DNA of 64,000 nucleotides from Escherichia coli. Its GTDB lineage: Bacteria; Pseudomonadota; Gammaproteobacteria; Enterobacterales; Enterobacteriaceae. The position numbers were made by a program, and so were the translations under genes. The notes beneath the pieces were generated by a model. It was given only the letters and a program-made list of their open reading frames with translations, was not told where the DNA came from and did not search any database. Where the stretch lies: assembly GCF_029227855.1 (NCBI RefSeq), contig NZ_CP074356.1; one strand, given 5' to 3'. Every line of letters starts with the position of its first letter. Within the stretch, counting starts at the first letter, position 1. Shown in pieces: positions 1 to 10,365 of the stretch.

Positions 1-334
1 GACGGGGTGTGTGATCACCCCGTGGATGCTGAGTGCAGTTATCTTCCCCGGCCCGGATCAACTCTGGCCGCTGCGCAAAGTGAGTGAAAAAATTGGTCTG
101 CAACTGCCGTATGGCACCATGACCTTTACCGTTGGCGAACTGGACGGTGTTTCGCAATACCTCTCCTGCTCGCTGATGTCGCCGCTTTCGCACAGCATGT
201 CGATTGAAGAGGGCCAACGCCTGACGGATGACTGCGCACGAATGATCCTTTCGCTGCCAGTCACGAATCCGGATGTACCACACGCAGGGCGTCGCGCCCT
301 GCTGTTTGGCCGCAGGAGTGGCGAAAATGCATGA
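1..334 (+). CDS. hybE: Hydrogenase-2 operon protein HybE, C-terminal part (5-prime end outside window)
   Basis: Open frame runs from window edge to stop at 334, directly upstream of and overlapping hybF start; position in hyb operon order. Identification by synteny and remembered C-terminus only. Confidence 0.65.
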   Translation, partial: TGCVITPWMLSAVIFPGPDQLWPLRKVSEKIGLQLPYGTMTFTVGELDGVSQYLSCSLMSPLSHSMSIEEGQRLTDDCARMILSLPVTNPDVPHAGRRALLFGRRSGENA

Positions 335-668
335 GTTGTCGCTTTGCCAGAGCGCCGTTGAAATTATCCAACGGCAGGCGGAGCAGCACGATGTTAAGCG
401 CGTCACCGCCGTGTGGCTGGAAATTGGCGCGCTCTCCTGCGTTGAGGAGAGCGCCGTCCGTTTTAGTTTTGAAATTGTCTGCCACGGAACGGTGGCGCAA
501 GGGTGCGATTTACATATCGTCTATAAACCCGCCCAGGCCTGGTGCTGGGATTGCAGCCAGGTGGTGGAGATTCATCAGCACGATGCGCAGTGTCCGCTCT
601 GTCATGGCGAGCGGTTGCGTGTCGATACCGGCGATTCGCTGATCGTCAAAAGTATTGAAGTTGAATAA
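327..668 (+). CDS. hybF: HybF, HypA-family Ni-insertion/maturation protein (113 aa)
   Basis: Start moved to internal ATG (MHELSLCQSAVEII...); two Cys pairs CWDC...CPLC typical of HypA zinc site; followed by hybG. Confidence 0.9.
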   Translation: MHELSLCQSAVEIIQRQAEQHDVKRVTAVWLEIGALSCVEESAVRFSFEIVCHGTVAQGCDLHIVYKPAQAWCWDCSQVVEIHQHDAQCPLCHGERLRVDTGDSLIVKSIEVE

Positions 669-680
669 CCGGAGTTAACA

Positions 681-929
681 ATGTGTATTGGCGTTCCAGG
701 CCAGGTGCTGGCTGTCGGTGAAGATATTCACCAGCTTGCGCAGGTTGAAGTATGTGGTATCAAGCGCGACGTGAATATCGCCCTGATTTGTGAAGGTAAC
801 CCTGCCGATCTGCTGGGCCAGTGGGTGCTGGTACACGTCGGATTTGCCATGAGCATCATCGACGAAGATGAAGCCAAAGCCACATTAGACGCGCTGCGCC
901 AAATGGATTACGACATTACCAGCGCGTGA
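681..929 (+). CDS. hybG: HybG, HypC-family hydrogenase maturation chaperone (82 aa)
   Basis: N-terminal MCIGVPGQV motif characteristic of HypC/HybG; size 82 aa; operon position. Confidence 0.9.
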
Positions 930-937
930 TGATTAAA

Positions 938-990
938 GCCGGATGCGGCGTAAATGCTTTATCCGGCTACATAGCGATAAGCCTGCCAAT
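938..990. repeat. REP-like palindromic element between convergent hybG and yghU
   Basis: gccggatgcggcg...tttatccggc imperfect palindrome of the REP type in the 3-prime intergenic space. Confidence 0.4.
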
Positions 991-998
991 GTTGCGAC

Positions 999-1865
999 TT
1001 ACCCCTGACGCTTATCTTCCGTATTCGTCTCGAAATCACTGGCGTCATGGCGTTCATGCAACTGCTCGTTCAGCGGTCCGTTGGTGCGGTTAACAATACG
1101 CCCACGCTTCACCGCCGGACGTTCGCCCACTTCTTTCGCCCAGCGTTGTACGTGTTTATAACTACCTGCATCAAGAAACTCTGCGGCATCATACACGCCG
1201 CCTAACACCACGTTGCCAAACCACGGCCAAATCGCCATATCCGCAATGGTGTACTCATCGCCCGCAACAAACTTATGCTGCGCCAGTTGCTTATCCAGCA
1301 CGTCGAGCAGGCGCTTGGCTTCCATGGTAAAGCGATTGATGGCGTACTCAATTTTCACCGGCGCGTAATGGTAAAAGTGACCAAAACCACCGCCGAGAAA
1401 CGGCGCAGCACCCTGTAACCAGAACAACCAGTTCATTGCTTCAGTACGCTTTGCCAGATCCTGCGGCAGGAAGTAGCCAAATTTCTCCGCCAGATAAAGC
1501 AGAATCGATCCAGACTCAAACACGCGGATCGGCGGATTATGCGTATGATCGCGCAGCGCCGGGATCTTCGAGTTTGGGTTTACTTCGACAAAACCGCTGG
1601 AGAATTGATCGCCATCGCCTATGCGTATCAGCCAGGCGTCGTACTCTGCACCCGTAACGCCCAGCGCCAGCAGCTCCTCAAGCATAATCGTTACTTTCTG
1701 ACCGTTCGGCGTTCCCAGCGAATAAAGTTGCAATGGATGTTTGCCAACGGGCAGCGTTTTTTCATGCGTCGGACCAGAAACCGGGCGATTGATATTGGCG
1801 AACGCGCCGCCAGCGGATTTATCCCACGTCCAGACTTTCGCGGGCTGATAAGTATTGTCTGTCAT
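999..1865 (-). CDS. yghU: YghU, glutathione S-transferase-like protein (288 aa)
   Basis: ORF track ORF 999..1913 trimmed to internal ATG (MTDNTYQPAKVWTWDK...); GST-like thioredoxin-fold N-terminal region; conserved neighbour of gss. Confidence 0.85.
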   Translation of the reverse strand: MTDNTYQPAKVWTWDKSAGGAFANINRPVSGPTHEKTLPVGKHPLQLYSLGTPNGQKVTIMLEELLALGVTGAEYDAWLIRIGDGDQFSSGFVEVNPNSKIPALRDHTHNPPIRVFESGSILLYLAEKFGYFLPQDLAKRTEAMNWLFWLQGAAPFLGGGFGHFYHYAPVKIEYAINRFTMEAKRLLDVLDKQLAQHKFVAGDEYTIADMAIWPWFGNVVLGGVYDAAEFLDAGSYKHVQRWAKEVGERPAVKRGRIVNRTNGPLNEQLHERHDASDFETNTEDKRQG

Positions 1866-2069
1866 AGTGAGTTGCCTTCTGAGTGGTAGTGTTGAAGCAG
1901 TGTAGCAGGTCACTTGCTGTACAGAATGTGAATTTTTTAACCCTTTGCGCCAGCCGCTGCGATGAGGTGTATGATTAGTCTGACCTCTGTCCGGTTAATG
2001 TCGCTGAGCAGGTAATCAGAGCACAACAATTACGCCAACTGCTTAGGTTGTATTGTTAAAGGTAAAGTG

Positions 2070-3929
2070 ATGAGCAAAGGAACGACCAGCCAGGATGCCC
2101 CGTTCGGGACATTATTGGGCTACGCCCCAGGTGGGGTAGCAATCTACTCTTCAGATTACAGTTCTCTCGATCCGCAGGAATACGAAGATGACGCCGTATT
2201 CCGTAGCTATATCGACGACGAATATATGGGCCACAAGTGGCAATGCGTTGAATTTGCTCGCCGTTTTCTCTTTCTGAATTACGGTGTGGTCTTTACTGAC
2301 GTGGGTATGGCGTGGGAGATTTTCTCGCTGCGCTTCCTGCGAGAAGTGGTTAATGACAACATCCTGCCATTGCAGGCATTTCCTAACGGCTCGCCGCGTG
2401 CGCCGGTCGCGGGTGCGCTTCTTATCTGGGATAAAGGCGGTGAATTTAAAGACACTGGCCATGTCGCCATCATTACCCAATTGCATGGCAACAAAGTCCG
2501 TATTGCGGAACAGAACGTGATTCATTCCCCGTTGCCGCAAGGGCAACAGTGGACGCGTGAGCTGGAGATGGTGGTCGAAAACGGCTGCTATACCCTGAAA
2601 GACACTTTTGATGACACCACCATTCTGGGCTGGATGATCCAGACGGAAGATACTGAATACAGCTTACCGCAGCCGGAAATTGCAGGCGAGCTGCTGAAAA
2701 TCAGCGGAGCGCGTCTGGAAAACAAAGGCCAGTTTGACGGTAAATGGCTGGATGAAAAAGATCCGCTGCAAAACGCCTATGTGCAGGCCAACGGTCAGGT
2801 GATCAATCAGGATCCGTATCATTACTACACCATTACCGAGAGCGCCGAGCAGGAGCTGATTAAAGCCACCAACGAGCTGCACCTGATGTATCTTCACGCA
2901 ACCGACAAGGTGCTGAAAGATGACAACCTGCTGGCGCTGTTCGACATTCCGAAAATCCTTTGGCCACGTTTGCGTCTCTCCTGGCAGCGTCGCCGTCACC
3001 ATATGATCACTGGTCGTATGGATTTCTGCATGGATGAGCGTGGCCTGAAGGTTTACGAATACAACGCCGACTCCGCCTCCTGTCATACCGAAGCTGGCTT
3101 GATCCTCGAACGTTGGGCGGAGCAGGGCTATAAAGGCAACGGCTTCAATCCGGCGGAAGGGCTGATTAACGAACTGGCCGGTGCCTGGAAACACAGTCGT
3201 GCACGTCCGTTTGTCCATATCATGCAGGACAAAGATATCGAGGAAAACTATCACGCGCAGTTTATGGAGCAGGCGCTGCACCAGGCGGGCTTTGAAACGC
3301 GTATCTTGCGCGGGCTGGATGAACTGGGCTGGGATGCTGCCGGGCAACTGATTGATGGGGAAGGGCGACTGGTTAACTGCGTGTGGAAAACCTGGGCGTG
3401 GGAAACCGCGTTTGATCAGATTCGTGAAGTTAGCGACCGTGAGTTTGCTGCGGTGCCGATCCGTACCGGTCATCCGCAAAATGAAGTGCGTCTTATCGAC
3501 GTATTGCTGCGCCCGGAAGTGCTGGTCTTTGAACCTCTGTGGACAGTGATCCCCGGCAACAAAGCGATTCTGCCGATCCTCTGGTCGCTGTTCCCGCACC
3601 ATCGTTACCTGCTGGATACCGATTTCTCCGTGAATGATGAACTGGTGAAAACCGGTTATGCAGTGAAACCGATCGCTGGTCGCTGTGGTAGCAATATCGA
3701 CCTGGTCAGCCATCATGAAGAGGTGCTGGACAAAACCAGCGGTAAATTTGCCGAGCAGAAAAACATCTATCAGCAACTGTGGTGTTTGCCGAAAGTGGAC
3801 GGTAAATACATTCAGGTATGTACCTTCACCGTTGGCGGCAACTACGGTGGGACGTGTTTGCGCGGTGATGAATCACTGGTCATTAAAAAAGAGAGTGATA
3901 TTGAACCGTTAATTGTGGTGAAAGAGTAA
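2070..3929 (+). CDS. gss: Bifunctional glutathionylspermidine synthetase/amidase (619 aa)
   Basis: Track ORF starts at GTG 2067; ATG at 2070 gives MSKGTTSQDAPFGTLLGYAPGG...; N-terminal CHAP-like amidase region (HKWQCVEFARRF) and C-terminal ATP-grasp-like synthetase; length matches. Confidence 0.9.
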   Translation: MSKGTTSQDAPFGTLLGYAPGGVAIYSSDYSSLDPQEYEDDAVFRSYIDDEYMGHKWQCVEFARRFLFLNYGVVFTDVGMAWEIFSLRFLREVVNDNILPLQAFPNGSPRAPVAGALLIWDKGGEFKDTGHVAIITQLHGNKVRIAEQNVIHSPLPQGQQWTRELEMVVENGCYTLKDTFDDTTILGWMIQTEDTEYSLPQPEIAGELLKISGARLENKGQFDGKWLDEKDPLQNAYVQANGQVINQDPYHYYTITESAEQELIKATNELHLMYLHATDKVLKDDNLLALFDIPKILWPRLRLSWQRRRHHMITGRMDFCMDERGLKVYEYNADSASCHTEAGLILERWAEQGYKGNGFNPAEGLINELAGAWKHSRARPFVHIMQDKDIEENYHAQFMEQALHQAGFETRILRGLDELGWDAAGQLIDGEGRLVNCVWKTWAWETAFDQIREVSDREFAAVPIRTGHPQNEVRLIDVLLRPEVLVFEPLWTVIPGNKAILPILWSLFPHHRYLLDTDFSVNDELVKTGYAVKPIAGRCGSNIDLVSHHEEVLDKTSGKFAEQKNIYQQLWCLPKVDGKYIQVCTFTVGGNYGGTCLRGDESLVIKKESDIEPLIVVKE

Positions 3930-3943
3930 TACATGTTGTAGCA

Positions 3944-3980
3944 ACCCCGCACTGATTATGAAGAATAATCAGTGCGGGGA
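3944..3980 (+). terminator. Stem-loop downstream of gss (probable intrinsic terminator)
   Basis: Near-perfect inverted repeat ccccgcactgattat / ataatcagtgcgggg immediately after the gss stop, followed by A/T-rich sequence. Confidence 0.5.
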
Positions 3981-4220
3981 TTAATCAAAATATTCAATAT
4001 TTATATATTCAAATATTTATTCATTTCATGTGTGAATGTATTAACCAGTGGAATGCCTGTGTTTTGATTATTTCTAAAGGTTTTGAATGAATGCTTATTA
4101 TCTGATACACAAGAAATAACACTCTTTTTATCGTTAAAAAATGATATTTCACTTTGCCCACGCCGTTAAAGTCACTGATAATGCGTCCGTTCGTAAATTC
4201 AAAATGGCGTAATCTAATAT

Positions 4221-5720
4221 ATGCTAAATTTATTTGTTGGCCTTGATATATACACGGGGCTTTTGTTATTACTTGCTCTGGCATTTGTGTTGTTCTACGA
4301 AGCAATCAATGGTTTTCATGATACGGCGAATGCGGTGGCAACCGTTATTTATACTCGTGCCATGCAACCACAACTTGCTGTGGTGATGGCGGCATTTTTT
4401 AACTTTTTTGGCGTATTGCTAGGCGGACTTAGCGTTGCCTATGCCATTGTCCATATGTTGCCAACCGATTTGTTGCTGAATATGGGGTCAACTCACGGCC
4501 TGGCGATGGTCTTTTCCATGCTGCTGGCGGCGATTATCTGGAACCTGGGAACGTGGTTCTTTGGTTTACCGGCCTCCAGTTCGCATACCTTGATTGGTGC
4601 GATTATCGGCATCGGTTTAACCAACGCGCTGTTAACCGGCTCATCGGTGATGGATGCGTTAAACCTGCGTGAAGTGACCAAAATTTTCTCCTCGCTGATT
4701 GTTTCCCCTATCGTCGGCCTGGTCATTGCGGGAGGCCTGATATTCCTGCTGCGCCGCTACTGGAGCGGGACGAAAAAGCGTGACCGTATTCACCGCATTC
4801 CGGAAGATCGCAAAAAGAAAAAAGGCAAACGTAAGCCACCATTCTGGACGCGTATTGCGCTGATTGTTTCCGCTGCGGGCGTGGCGTTTTCGCACGGTGC
4901 TAACGACGGGCAGAAAGGGATCGGCCTGGTGATGCTGGTACTGGTGGGGATTGCCCCTGCTGGCTTCGTCGTCAATATGAAAGCGTCCGGCTATGAAATT
5001 ACCCGTACCCGCGATGCCGTCACCAACTTCGAACACTACCTGCAACAGCATCCTGAACTGCCGCAGAAGTTGATTGCGATGGAACCTCCATTGCCTGCGG
5101 CATCGACTGATGGCACGCAAGTAACGGAGTTTCACTGTCATCCGGCAAATACCTTTGATGCGATTGCGCGCGTTAAAACGATGCTGCCAGGCAATATGGA
5201 AAGTTACGAGCCGTTAAGCGTGAGTCAGCGCAGCCAGCTGCGCCGCATTATGCTGTGCATCTCTGATACCTCCGCGAAGCTGGCGAAACTGCCAGGCGTC
5301 AGTAAAGAAGACCAGAACCTGCTGAAAAAACTGCGCAGCGATATGTTAAGCACCATTGAGTACGCTCCGGTGTGGATCATCATGGCAGTAGCTCTGGCGC
5401 TCGGCATTGGCACCATGATTGGCTGGCGTCGTGTAGCGATGACCATCGGTGAGAAGATTGGTAAGCGCGGCATGACGTATGCGCAAGGCATGGCGGCACA
5501 AATGACGGCGGCAGTGTCTATCGGCCTTGCCAGTTATATTGGGATGCCCGTCTCCACAACACACGTCCTCTCGTCTGCGGTAGCAGGGACGATGGTGGTG
5601 GACGGCGGTGGGTTACAGCGTAAAACGGTAACCAGCATCCTGATGGCGTGGGTGTTTACTTTACCGGCGGCGATTTTTCTTTCTGGTGGGTTGTACTGGA
5701 TAGCATTGCAGTTGATTTAA
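4221..5720 (+). CDS. pitB: Low-affinity inorganic phosphate transporter PitB (499 aa)
   Basis: Polytopic membrane protein; N-terminus [45 protein letters not shown] with the PiT-family GFHDTANAV signature; length 499 aa. Confidence 0.9.
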   Translation: MLNLFVGLDIYTGLLLLLALAFVLFYEAINGFHDTANAVATVIYTRAMQPQLAVVMAAFFNFFGVLLGGLSVAYAIVHMLPTDLLLNMGSTHGLAMVFSMLLAAIIWNLGTWFFGLPASSSHTLIGAIIGIGLTNALLTGSSVMDALNLREVTKIFSSLIVSPIVGLVIAGGLIFLLRRYWSGTKKRDRIHRIPEDRKKKKGKRKPPFWTRIALIVSAAGVAFSHGANDGQKGIGLVMLVLVGIAPAGFVVNMKASGYEITRTRDAVTNFEHYLQQHPELPQKLIAMEPPLPAASTDGTQVTEFHCHPANTFDAIARVKTMLPGNMESYEPLSVSQRSQLRRIMLCISDTSAKLAKLPGVSKEDQNLLKKLRSDMLSTIEYAPVWIIMAVALALGIGTMIGWRRVAMTIGEKIGKRGMTYAQGMAAQMTAAVSIGLASYIGMPVSTTHVLSSAVAGTMVVDGGGLQRKTVTSILMAWVFTLPAAIFLSGGLYWIALQLI

Positions 5721-5768
5721 CCTTCCTGAAAATGCCCGGTCCTGGCGATCGGGCATTTCCATTTTTGA

Positions 5769-6461
5769 CTAGTGATAACCACGCGCGGTCATAAAATCCG
5801 TAATCGCTTTTTCCGCATCAACCAGCACTTGTTCCAGCGGTTGATTGGCATCGATATCAACCAGTTGCGCGCCTCCAAAGGTTAACTGTGGCATTATGGC
5901 TATCTTCCTTTCCAGCGATTCTCTTTTGTGGTCAGGCTTACGCGCGCAGGCCACGTCCAGATCGACATTGAGTTTGATGACCAGATCGGGCTTATGGCTC
6001 GCCATCCAGTGAAACGCTTTACGTTCCTGGCTTGCCAGCCATGAGACAAAACGACCACCTTCAACGTTAGGTGGGAACACCGTACCATCGTAAGCACCAG
6101 GAATTTGGTCCTGAGGATAACGGTCGGTTAGAACAATTAACCCGCGACGACGACAGGCAAGCATATGACGAAAGCGCAGTAAGCGACGGGCGACAAACGC
6201 TGTAATTACCAGCGCCGGAACAGGGCCAGGCAATTTTTTTGCTGTTTTCACCTGATTTCGTTCAATTGTTTTATGTAAGGATTTTCCCATCAACGGTAAT
6301 TTTGTCACTGCACGACCGACATTTCCGGCCTGTTTTCCTAAATGAACTCTTTCGGCAGCACCATATTTTTCGACAACGGTAATGAGATGTTCACACACCG
6401 TTGACTTGCCTGAACCATCGCTACCAATAACGGCAATTAATGGAGGTGTTATTGACTGCAT
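5769..6461 (-). CDS. yghT: YghT, P-loop NTPase of unknown function (230 aa)
   Basis: Walker [14 protein letters not shown] near N-terminus; DRYPQ and ARKPDH motifs shared with YghS and YghR (paralogs). Confidence 0.85.
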   Translation of the reverse strand: MQSITPPLIAVIGSDGSGKSTVCEHLITVVEKYGAAERVHLGKQAGNVGRAVTKLPLMGKSLHKTIERNQVKTAKKLPGPVPALVITAFVARRLLRFRHMLACRRRGLIVLTDRYPQDQIPGAYDGTVFPPNVEGGRFVSWLASQERKAFHWMASHKPDLVIKLNVDLDVACARKPDHKRESLERKIAIMPQLTFGGAQLVDIDANQPLEQVLVDAEKAITDFMTARGYH

Positions 6462-6634
6462 GAATATATCCTTTAATTTAAATATCCATTAAAAATATTT
6501 ATTTGGTTAATGTGTTTTTATGAAAGCGTAATTCAGGTCAATGTCACAATTAACCATTGTCACAATAAGGTTGAACGGATATTCTGAGCACGGACCACGT
6601 AATATTCAATACATTATTTGCTGCCGGGTTTTTC
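6462..6634. promoter_or_regulatory. Divergent intergenic region yghT <-> yghS (probable promoters)
   Basis: AT-rich 170-bp spacer between divergently oriented starts; no sites mapped by eye. Confidence 0.3.
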
Positions 6635-7348
6635 GTGAATCAACGTAATATGTCAATAATTAATTCCACGCCAGTGCGTGTTATTGCCATTGTAGGATAT
6701 GATGGTTCAGGTAAATCGACCCTCACGGCAAGCCTGGTAAATGAACTGGCAGCAACAATGCCAACAGAACACATTTATCTCGGGCAATCGTCCGGGCGAA
6801 TTGGCGAATGGATTTCACAGCTCCCTGTTATTGGCGCACCTTTTGGGCGTTATTTGCGAAGTAAAGCGGCACATGTGCACGAAAAGCCCTTAACACCGCC
6901 TGGCAATATTACTGCGCTGGTTATCTATCTGCTTTCCTGCTGGCGGGCGTACAAGTTTCGCAAAATGTTGTGTAAAAGCCAGCAAGGCTATCTGCTCATC
7001 ACCGACCGCTACCCGCAGGTTGAAGTGCCGGGTTTTCGCTTTGATGGCCCGCAATTGGCAAAAACCACGGGCGGTAACGGTTGGATAAAAATGTTAAGGC
7101 AGCGCGAGCTGAAGCTGTACCAATGGATGGCGTCTTATTTGCCCGTATTGTTGATTCGTCTTGGCATTGATGAACAAACGGCGTTTGCGCGTAAACCTGA
7201 CCACCAACTGGCGGCGTTACAGGAAAAAATCGCCGTTACGCCGCAACTGACATTCAATGGCGCAAAGATCCTTGAACTGGATGGTCGGCAACCAGCCGAT
7301 GAAATTATGCAAGCGTCACTACGTGCAATTCACGCCGCGCTTCCCTGA
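6635..7348 (+). CDS. yghS: YghS, P-loop NTPase of unknown function (237 aa; start may be GTG 6635 or ATG 6650)
   Basis: Walker A IAIVGYDGSGKSTL; DRYPQ and ARKPDH motifs; paralog of YghR/YghT. Confidence 0.85.
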   Translation: MNQRNMSIINSTPVRVIAIVGYDGSGKSTLTASLVNELAATMPTEHIYLGQSSGRIGEWISQLPVIGAPFGRYLRSKAAHVHEKPLTPPGNITALVIYLLSCWRAYKFRKMLCKSQQGYLLITDRYPQVEVPGFRFDGPQLAKTTGGNGWIKMLRQRELKLYQWMASYLPVLLIRLGIDEQTAFARKPDHQLAALQEKIAVTPQLTFNGAKILELDGRQPADEIMQASLRAIHAALP

Positions 7349-7379
7349 TCACCAAAATGGATAGGGGATGATTTAACGA

Positions 7380-8138
7380 ATGGATGCACTACAAACACAA
7401 ACTGTTAATAGTACAACCGCGCCGCAGCCCAACTACATTCCGGGGCTGATTGCGGTGGTCGGGTGTGATGGCACCGGTAAATCCACACTGACCACCGACC
7501 TGGTGAAATCGCTGCAACAACACTGGCAAACCGAGCGGCGCTATCTGGGGCTGCTCTCCGGCGAAGACGGCGACAAAATCAAACGATTGCCGTTGGTTGG
7601 CGTCTGGCTCGAACGGCGACTGGCGGCCAAATCCTCGAAAACCCAAAGCATGAAAACCAAATCTCCAGCGCTATGGGCGGCGGTGATTATGTACTGCTTC
7701 TCGCTGCGAAGAATGGCGAATCTACGCAAGGTTCAGCGACTGGCGCAAAGTGGCGTTCTGGTGGTCAGCGATCGCTTCCCGCAGGCTGAAATTTCGGGCT
7801 TTTATTATGACGGACCGGGGATCGGCGTCGAACGTGCGACCGGGAAAATCAGCATGTTTCTGGCGCAGCGCGAACGGCGTTTATACCAACAAATGGCGCA
7901 ATACCGTCCTGAATTAATCATTCGTTTGGGGATTGATATTGATACTGCCATCTCCCGCAAGCCTGACCATGACTATGCCGAGCTGCAGGACAAAATCGGC
8001 GTCATGTCGACGATTGGCTATAACGGCTCAAAAATTCTTGAGATTGATTCCAGAGCGCCCTACAGCGAAGTGCTGGAACAGGCACAGAAGGCGGTTTCTC
8101 TGGTTGCCATCGTTTCTGACCGCCGAAGTTTAACTTAA
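7380..8138 (+). CDS. yghR: YghR, P-loop NTPase of unknown function (252 aa)
   Basis: Walker A IAVVGCDGTGKSTL; DRFPQ and SRKPDH motifs; paralog of YghS/YghT. Confidence 0.85.
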   Translation: MDALQTQTVNSTTAPQPNYIPGLIAVVGCDGTGKSTLTTDLVKSLQQHWQTERRYLGLLSGEDGDKIKRLPLVGVWLERRLAAKSSKTQSMKTKSPALWAAVIMYCFSLRRMANLRKVQRLAQSGVLVVSDRFPQAEISGFYYDGPGIGVERATGKISMFLAQRERRLYQQMAQYRPELIIRLGIDIDTAISRKPDHDYAELQDKIGVMSTIGYNGSKILEIDSRAPYSEVLEQAQKAVSLVAIVSDRRSLT

Positions 8139-8183
8139 GGCTGGCGGGATACTTTTTACTATCAACGATAAGGTCAGGCTGAA

Positions 8184-9533
8184 TTGGCGGGTTTTAACAT
8201 CAAACATTGGTTTGCAGATGGCGCGTTTCGCACCATTATTCGCAATAGCGCCTGGTTAGGCTCCAGTAATGTCGTGAGCGCTTTGCTGGGTCTGTTGGCG
8301 CTCTCGTGTGCCGGTAAAGGGATGACGCCCGCCATGTTTGGCGTACTGGTGATTGTGCAATCGTACGCCAAGTCGATCAGCGATTTTATTAAGTTTCAGA
8401 CATGGCAGTTGGTGGTGCAGTACGGAACGCCAGCCTTGACCAACAATAATCCGCAGCAATTTCGCAATGTCGTCTCATTTTCCTTCTCGTTGGATATCGT
8501 CAGCGGCGCGGTGGCGATTGTCGGCGGCATTGCCTTACTCCCTTTTCTTTCCCATTCATTAGGTCTGGATGACCAAAGCTTTTGGCTGGCAGCGCTGTAT
8601 TGCACGCTCATTCCTTCAATGGCTTCCTCCACGCCGACCGGCATTCTGCGTGCGGTAGATCGCTTCGACTTAATTGCTGTACAGCAGGCGACGAAACCTT
8701 TTCTGCGCGCAGCGGGGAGCGTCGTTGCCTGGTATTTTGACTTTGGTTTTGCGGGTTTTGTTATTGCCTGGTACGCCTCGAATCTTGTTGGCGGCACCAT
8801 GTACTGGTGGTTTGCCGCACGTGAATTACGCCGCAGAAATATCCATAACGCGTTCAAATTGAATCTGTTTGAGTCTGCCCGACACATCAAAGGCGCGTGG
8901 AGTTTTGTCTGGTCAACCAACATTGCCCATTCCATCTGGTCGGCGCGTAATTCGTGCAGCACAGTGTTGGTGGGGATCGTGTTAGGACCCGCTGCCGCCG
9001 GGTTATTTAAAATCGCCATGACATTCTTCGACGCCGCCGGAACGCCAGCGGGTTTACTGGGTAAAAGTTTTTACCCAGAGGTGATGCGTTTAGATCCGCG
9101 CACCACCAGACCGTGGTTGTTAGGCGTGAAGTCCGGTTTACTGGCGGGCGGAATCGGTATTCTGGTGGCGCTCGCGGTGTTGATCGTCGGCAAGCCGCTC
9201 ATTTCGCTGGTGTTTGGCGTTAAGTATCTCGAAGCGTATGACCTGATTCAGGTGATGCTGGGCGCAATTGTGATCTCGATGCTGGGCTTCCCTCAGGAGT
9301 CATTGCTATTGATGGCGGGAAAACAGCGCGCTTTTCTCGTGGCGCAAACCATCGCCTCAATCGGCTACATCGTATTGCTGTTCATGTTCTGTCATCTGTT
9401 TGGCGTGCTGGGGGCTGCATTTGCTTACTTCGGTGGGCAATGTCTGGATGTGGTGTTCTCGCTAATTCCGACCTTAAAGGCATTTTTTCAGCGCCATTCC
9501 TTGCTTTATAACTCAGCCGGAGAGAAATCCTGA
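8184..9533 (+). CDS. yghQ: YghQ, polytopic inner-membrane protein, MOP/Wzx-like putative flippase (449 aa as called from TTG start; first in-frame ATG is codon 47)
   Basis: Many hydrophobic segments throughout; N-terminus resembles polysaccharide-transporter family; stop overlaps downstream ATG (ATGA). Confidence 0.8.
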   Translation: MAGFNIKHWFADGAFRTIIRNSAWLGSSNVVSALLGLLALSCAGKGMTPAMFGVLVIVQSYAKSISDFIKFQTWQLVVQYGTPALTNNNPQQFRNVVSFSFSLDIVSGAVAIVGGIALLPFLSHSLGLDDQSFWLAALYCTLIPSMASSTPTGILRAVDRFDLIAVQQATKPFLRAAGSVVAWYFDFGFAGFVIAWYASNLVGGTMYWWFAARELRRRNIHNAFKLNLFESARHIKGAWSFVWSTNIAHSIWSARNSCSTVLVGIVLGPAAAGLFKIAMTFFDAAGTPAGLLGKSFYPEVMRLDPRTTRPWLLGVKSGLLAGGIGILVALAVLIVGKPLISLVFGVKYLEAYDLIQVMLGAIVISMLGFPQESLLLMAGKQRAFLVAQTIASIGYIVLLFMFCHLFGVLGAAFAYFGGQCLDVVFSLIPTLKAFFQRHSLLYNSAGEKS

Positions 9534-10357
9534 TGATGAGAAAATATTTCCCGCTTGAGGCGAGCGAGCGTCTATTTGTTGCGATTGAAGAAGATGATGT
9601 TGTTGATGCACAGGTCAGTTTGCCGCCGACTATCGCACTAAGTTGTACCACCGAAATCATCCATGATAATTACGCGTTATGCCTGCAATTCTGGCTCAAT
9701 GGCGTCAATCGCCAGGAGTTACTGCGTTTAATATGCAAACAGGCCAAAGGCGATGAGCTGACTGCTGATGAGCGCAAACAATTTAAATACATGCGAGCGC
9801 GCTACAAGCACCTGCGTTTTGCGCAACGGCTGTATTTAAAAAAGCATCAGGCCGGATTTTTATTCGGCAAAACGACCGTTTTTTTGGGGCGTTTTCAGGA
9901 CGGCTTTCGTAACGGTAAGAAAAATATTGTGTCGTATTACGGCAACCTGTTACGGGTTTATTTAAGCTCTCCGGTCTGGTCGTTGGTGAACTATTCATTA
10001 CGCCATAGCCAGTTAGAAAGCGTAAGCGGTTTTATTGCCTATCGGCAAAAGCAAATGCATACCCTGAAAGAGATAATTGCCAAATCGCGACTAACTGGCA
10101 GGGAATTTCATGATGTGCGAAAAATCATCAGCCAGCAGGTTTCTTATTACGACACCCTAAGATCGCTTGATCCTGAAAATAAAGAGGCGTTACAGATTTC
10201 CCGCTTCCTCGCCGCCATTAATGGCCTGATGGGGGATAAACACGACGACATGGTGGCGGATGATATGGAAAACCGCCAGTCGTATGATGCACCGATGGCG
10301 CTGGATAGCGATATTCGTCAGCGCTTAGAACTGCTGATTTCGCGTTTTCCGCTATAA
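9533..10357 (+). CDS. Hypothetical soluble protein (274 aa), translationally coupled to yghQ
   Basis: ATG overlaps yghQ stop; no transmembrane segments or signal peptide evident; basic/aromatic-rich helical-looking sequence; no domain recognised by eye. Confidence 0.6.
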   Translation: MMRKYFPLEASERLFVAIEEDDVVDAQVSLPPTIALSCTTEIIHDNYALCLQFWLNGVNRQELLRLICKQAKGDELTADERKQFKYMRARYKHLRFAQRLYLKKHQAGFLFGKTTVFLGRFQDGFRNGKKNIVSYYGNLLRVYLSSPVWSLVNYSLRHSQLESVSGFIAYRQKQMHTLKEIIAKSRLTGREFHDVRKIISQQVSYYDTLRSLDPENKEALQISRFLAAINGLMGDKHDDMVADDMENRQSYDAPMALDSDIRQRLELLISRFPL

Positions 10358-10365
10358 CCGGAGCA

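Noticed and set aside
2664-3776. 370-aa ORF on the minus strand entirely inside gss
   Set aside because: Antisense shadow ORF within a well-supported gene; no independent start signals; amino-acid composition typical of reverse-frame artefacts.
8396-9019. 207-aa minus-strand ORF inside yghQ
   Set aside because: Antisense to the membrane protein gene; composition not protein-like.
9533-10357. Assigning the 274-aa protein to a named domain family (e.g. CHAD-like)
   Set aside because: Only weak, motif-level resemblance (basic/His-rich helices); not enough to call without an HMM search, so left as hypothetical.
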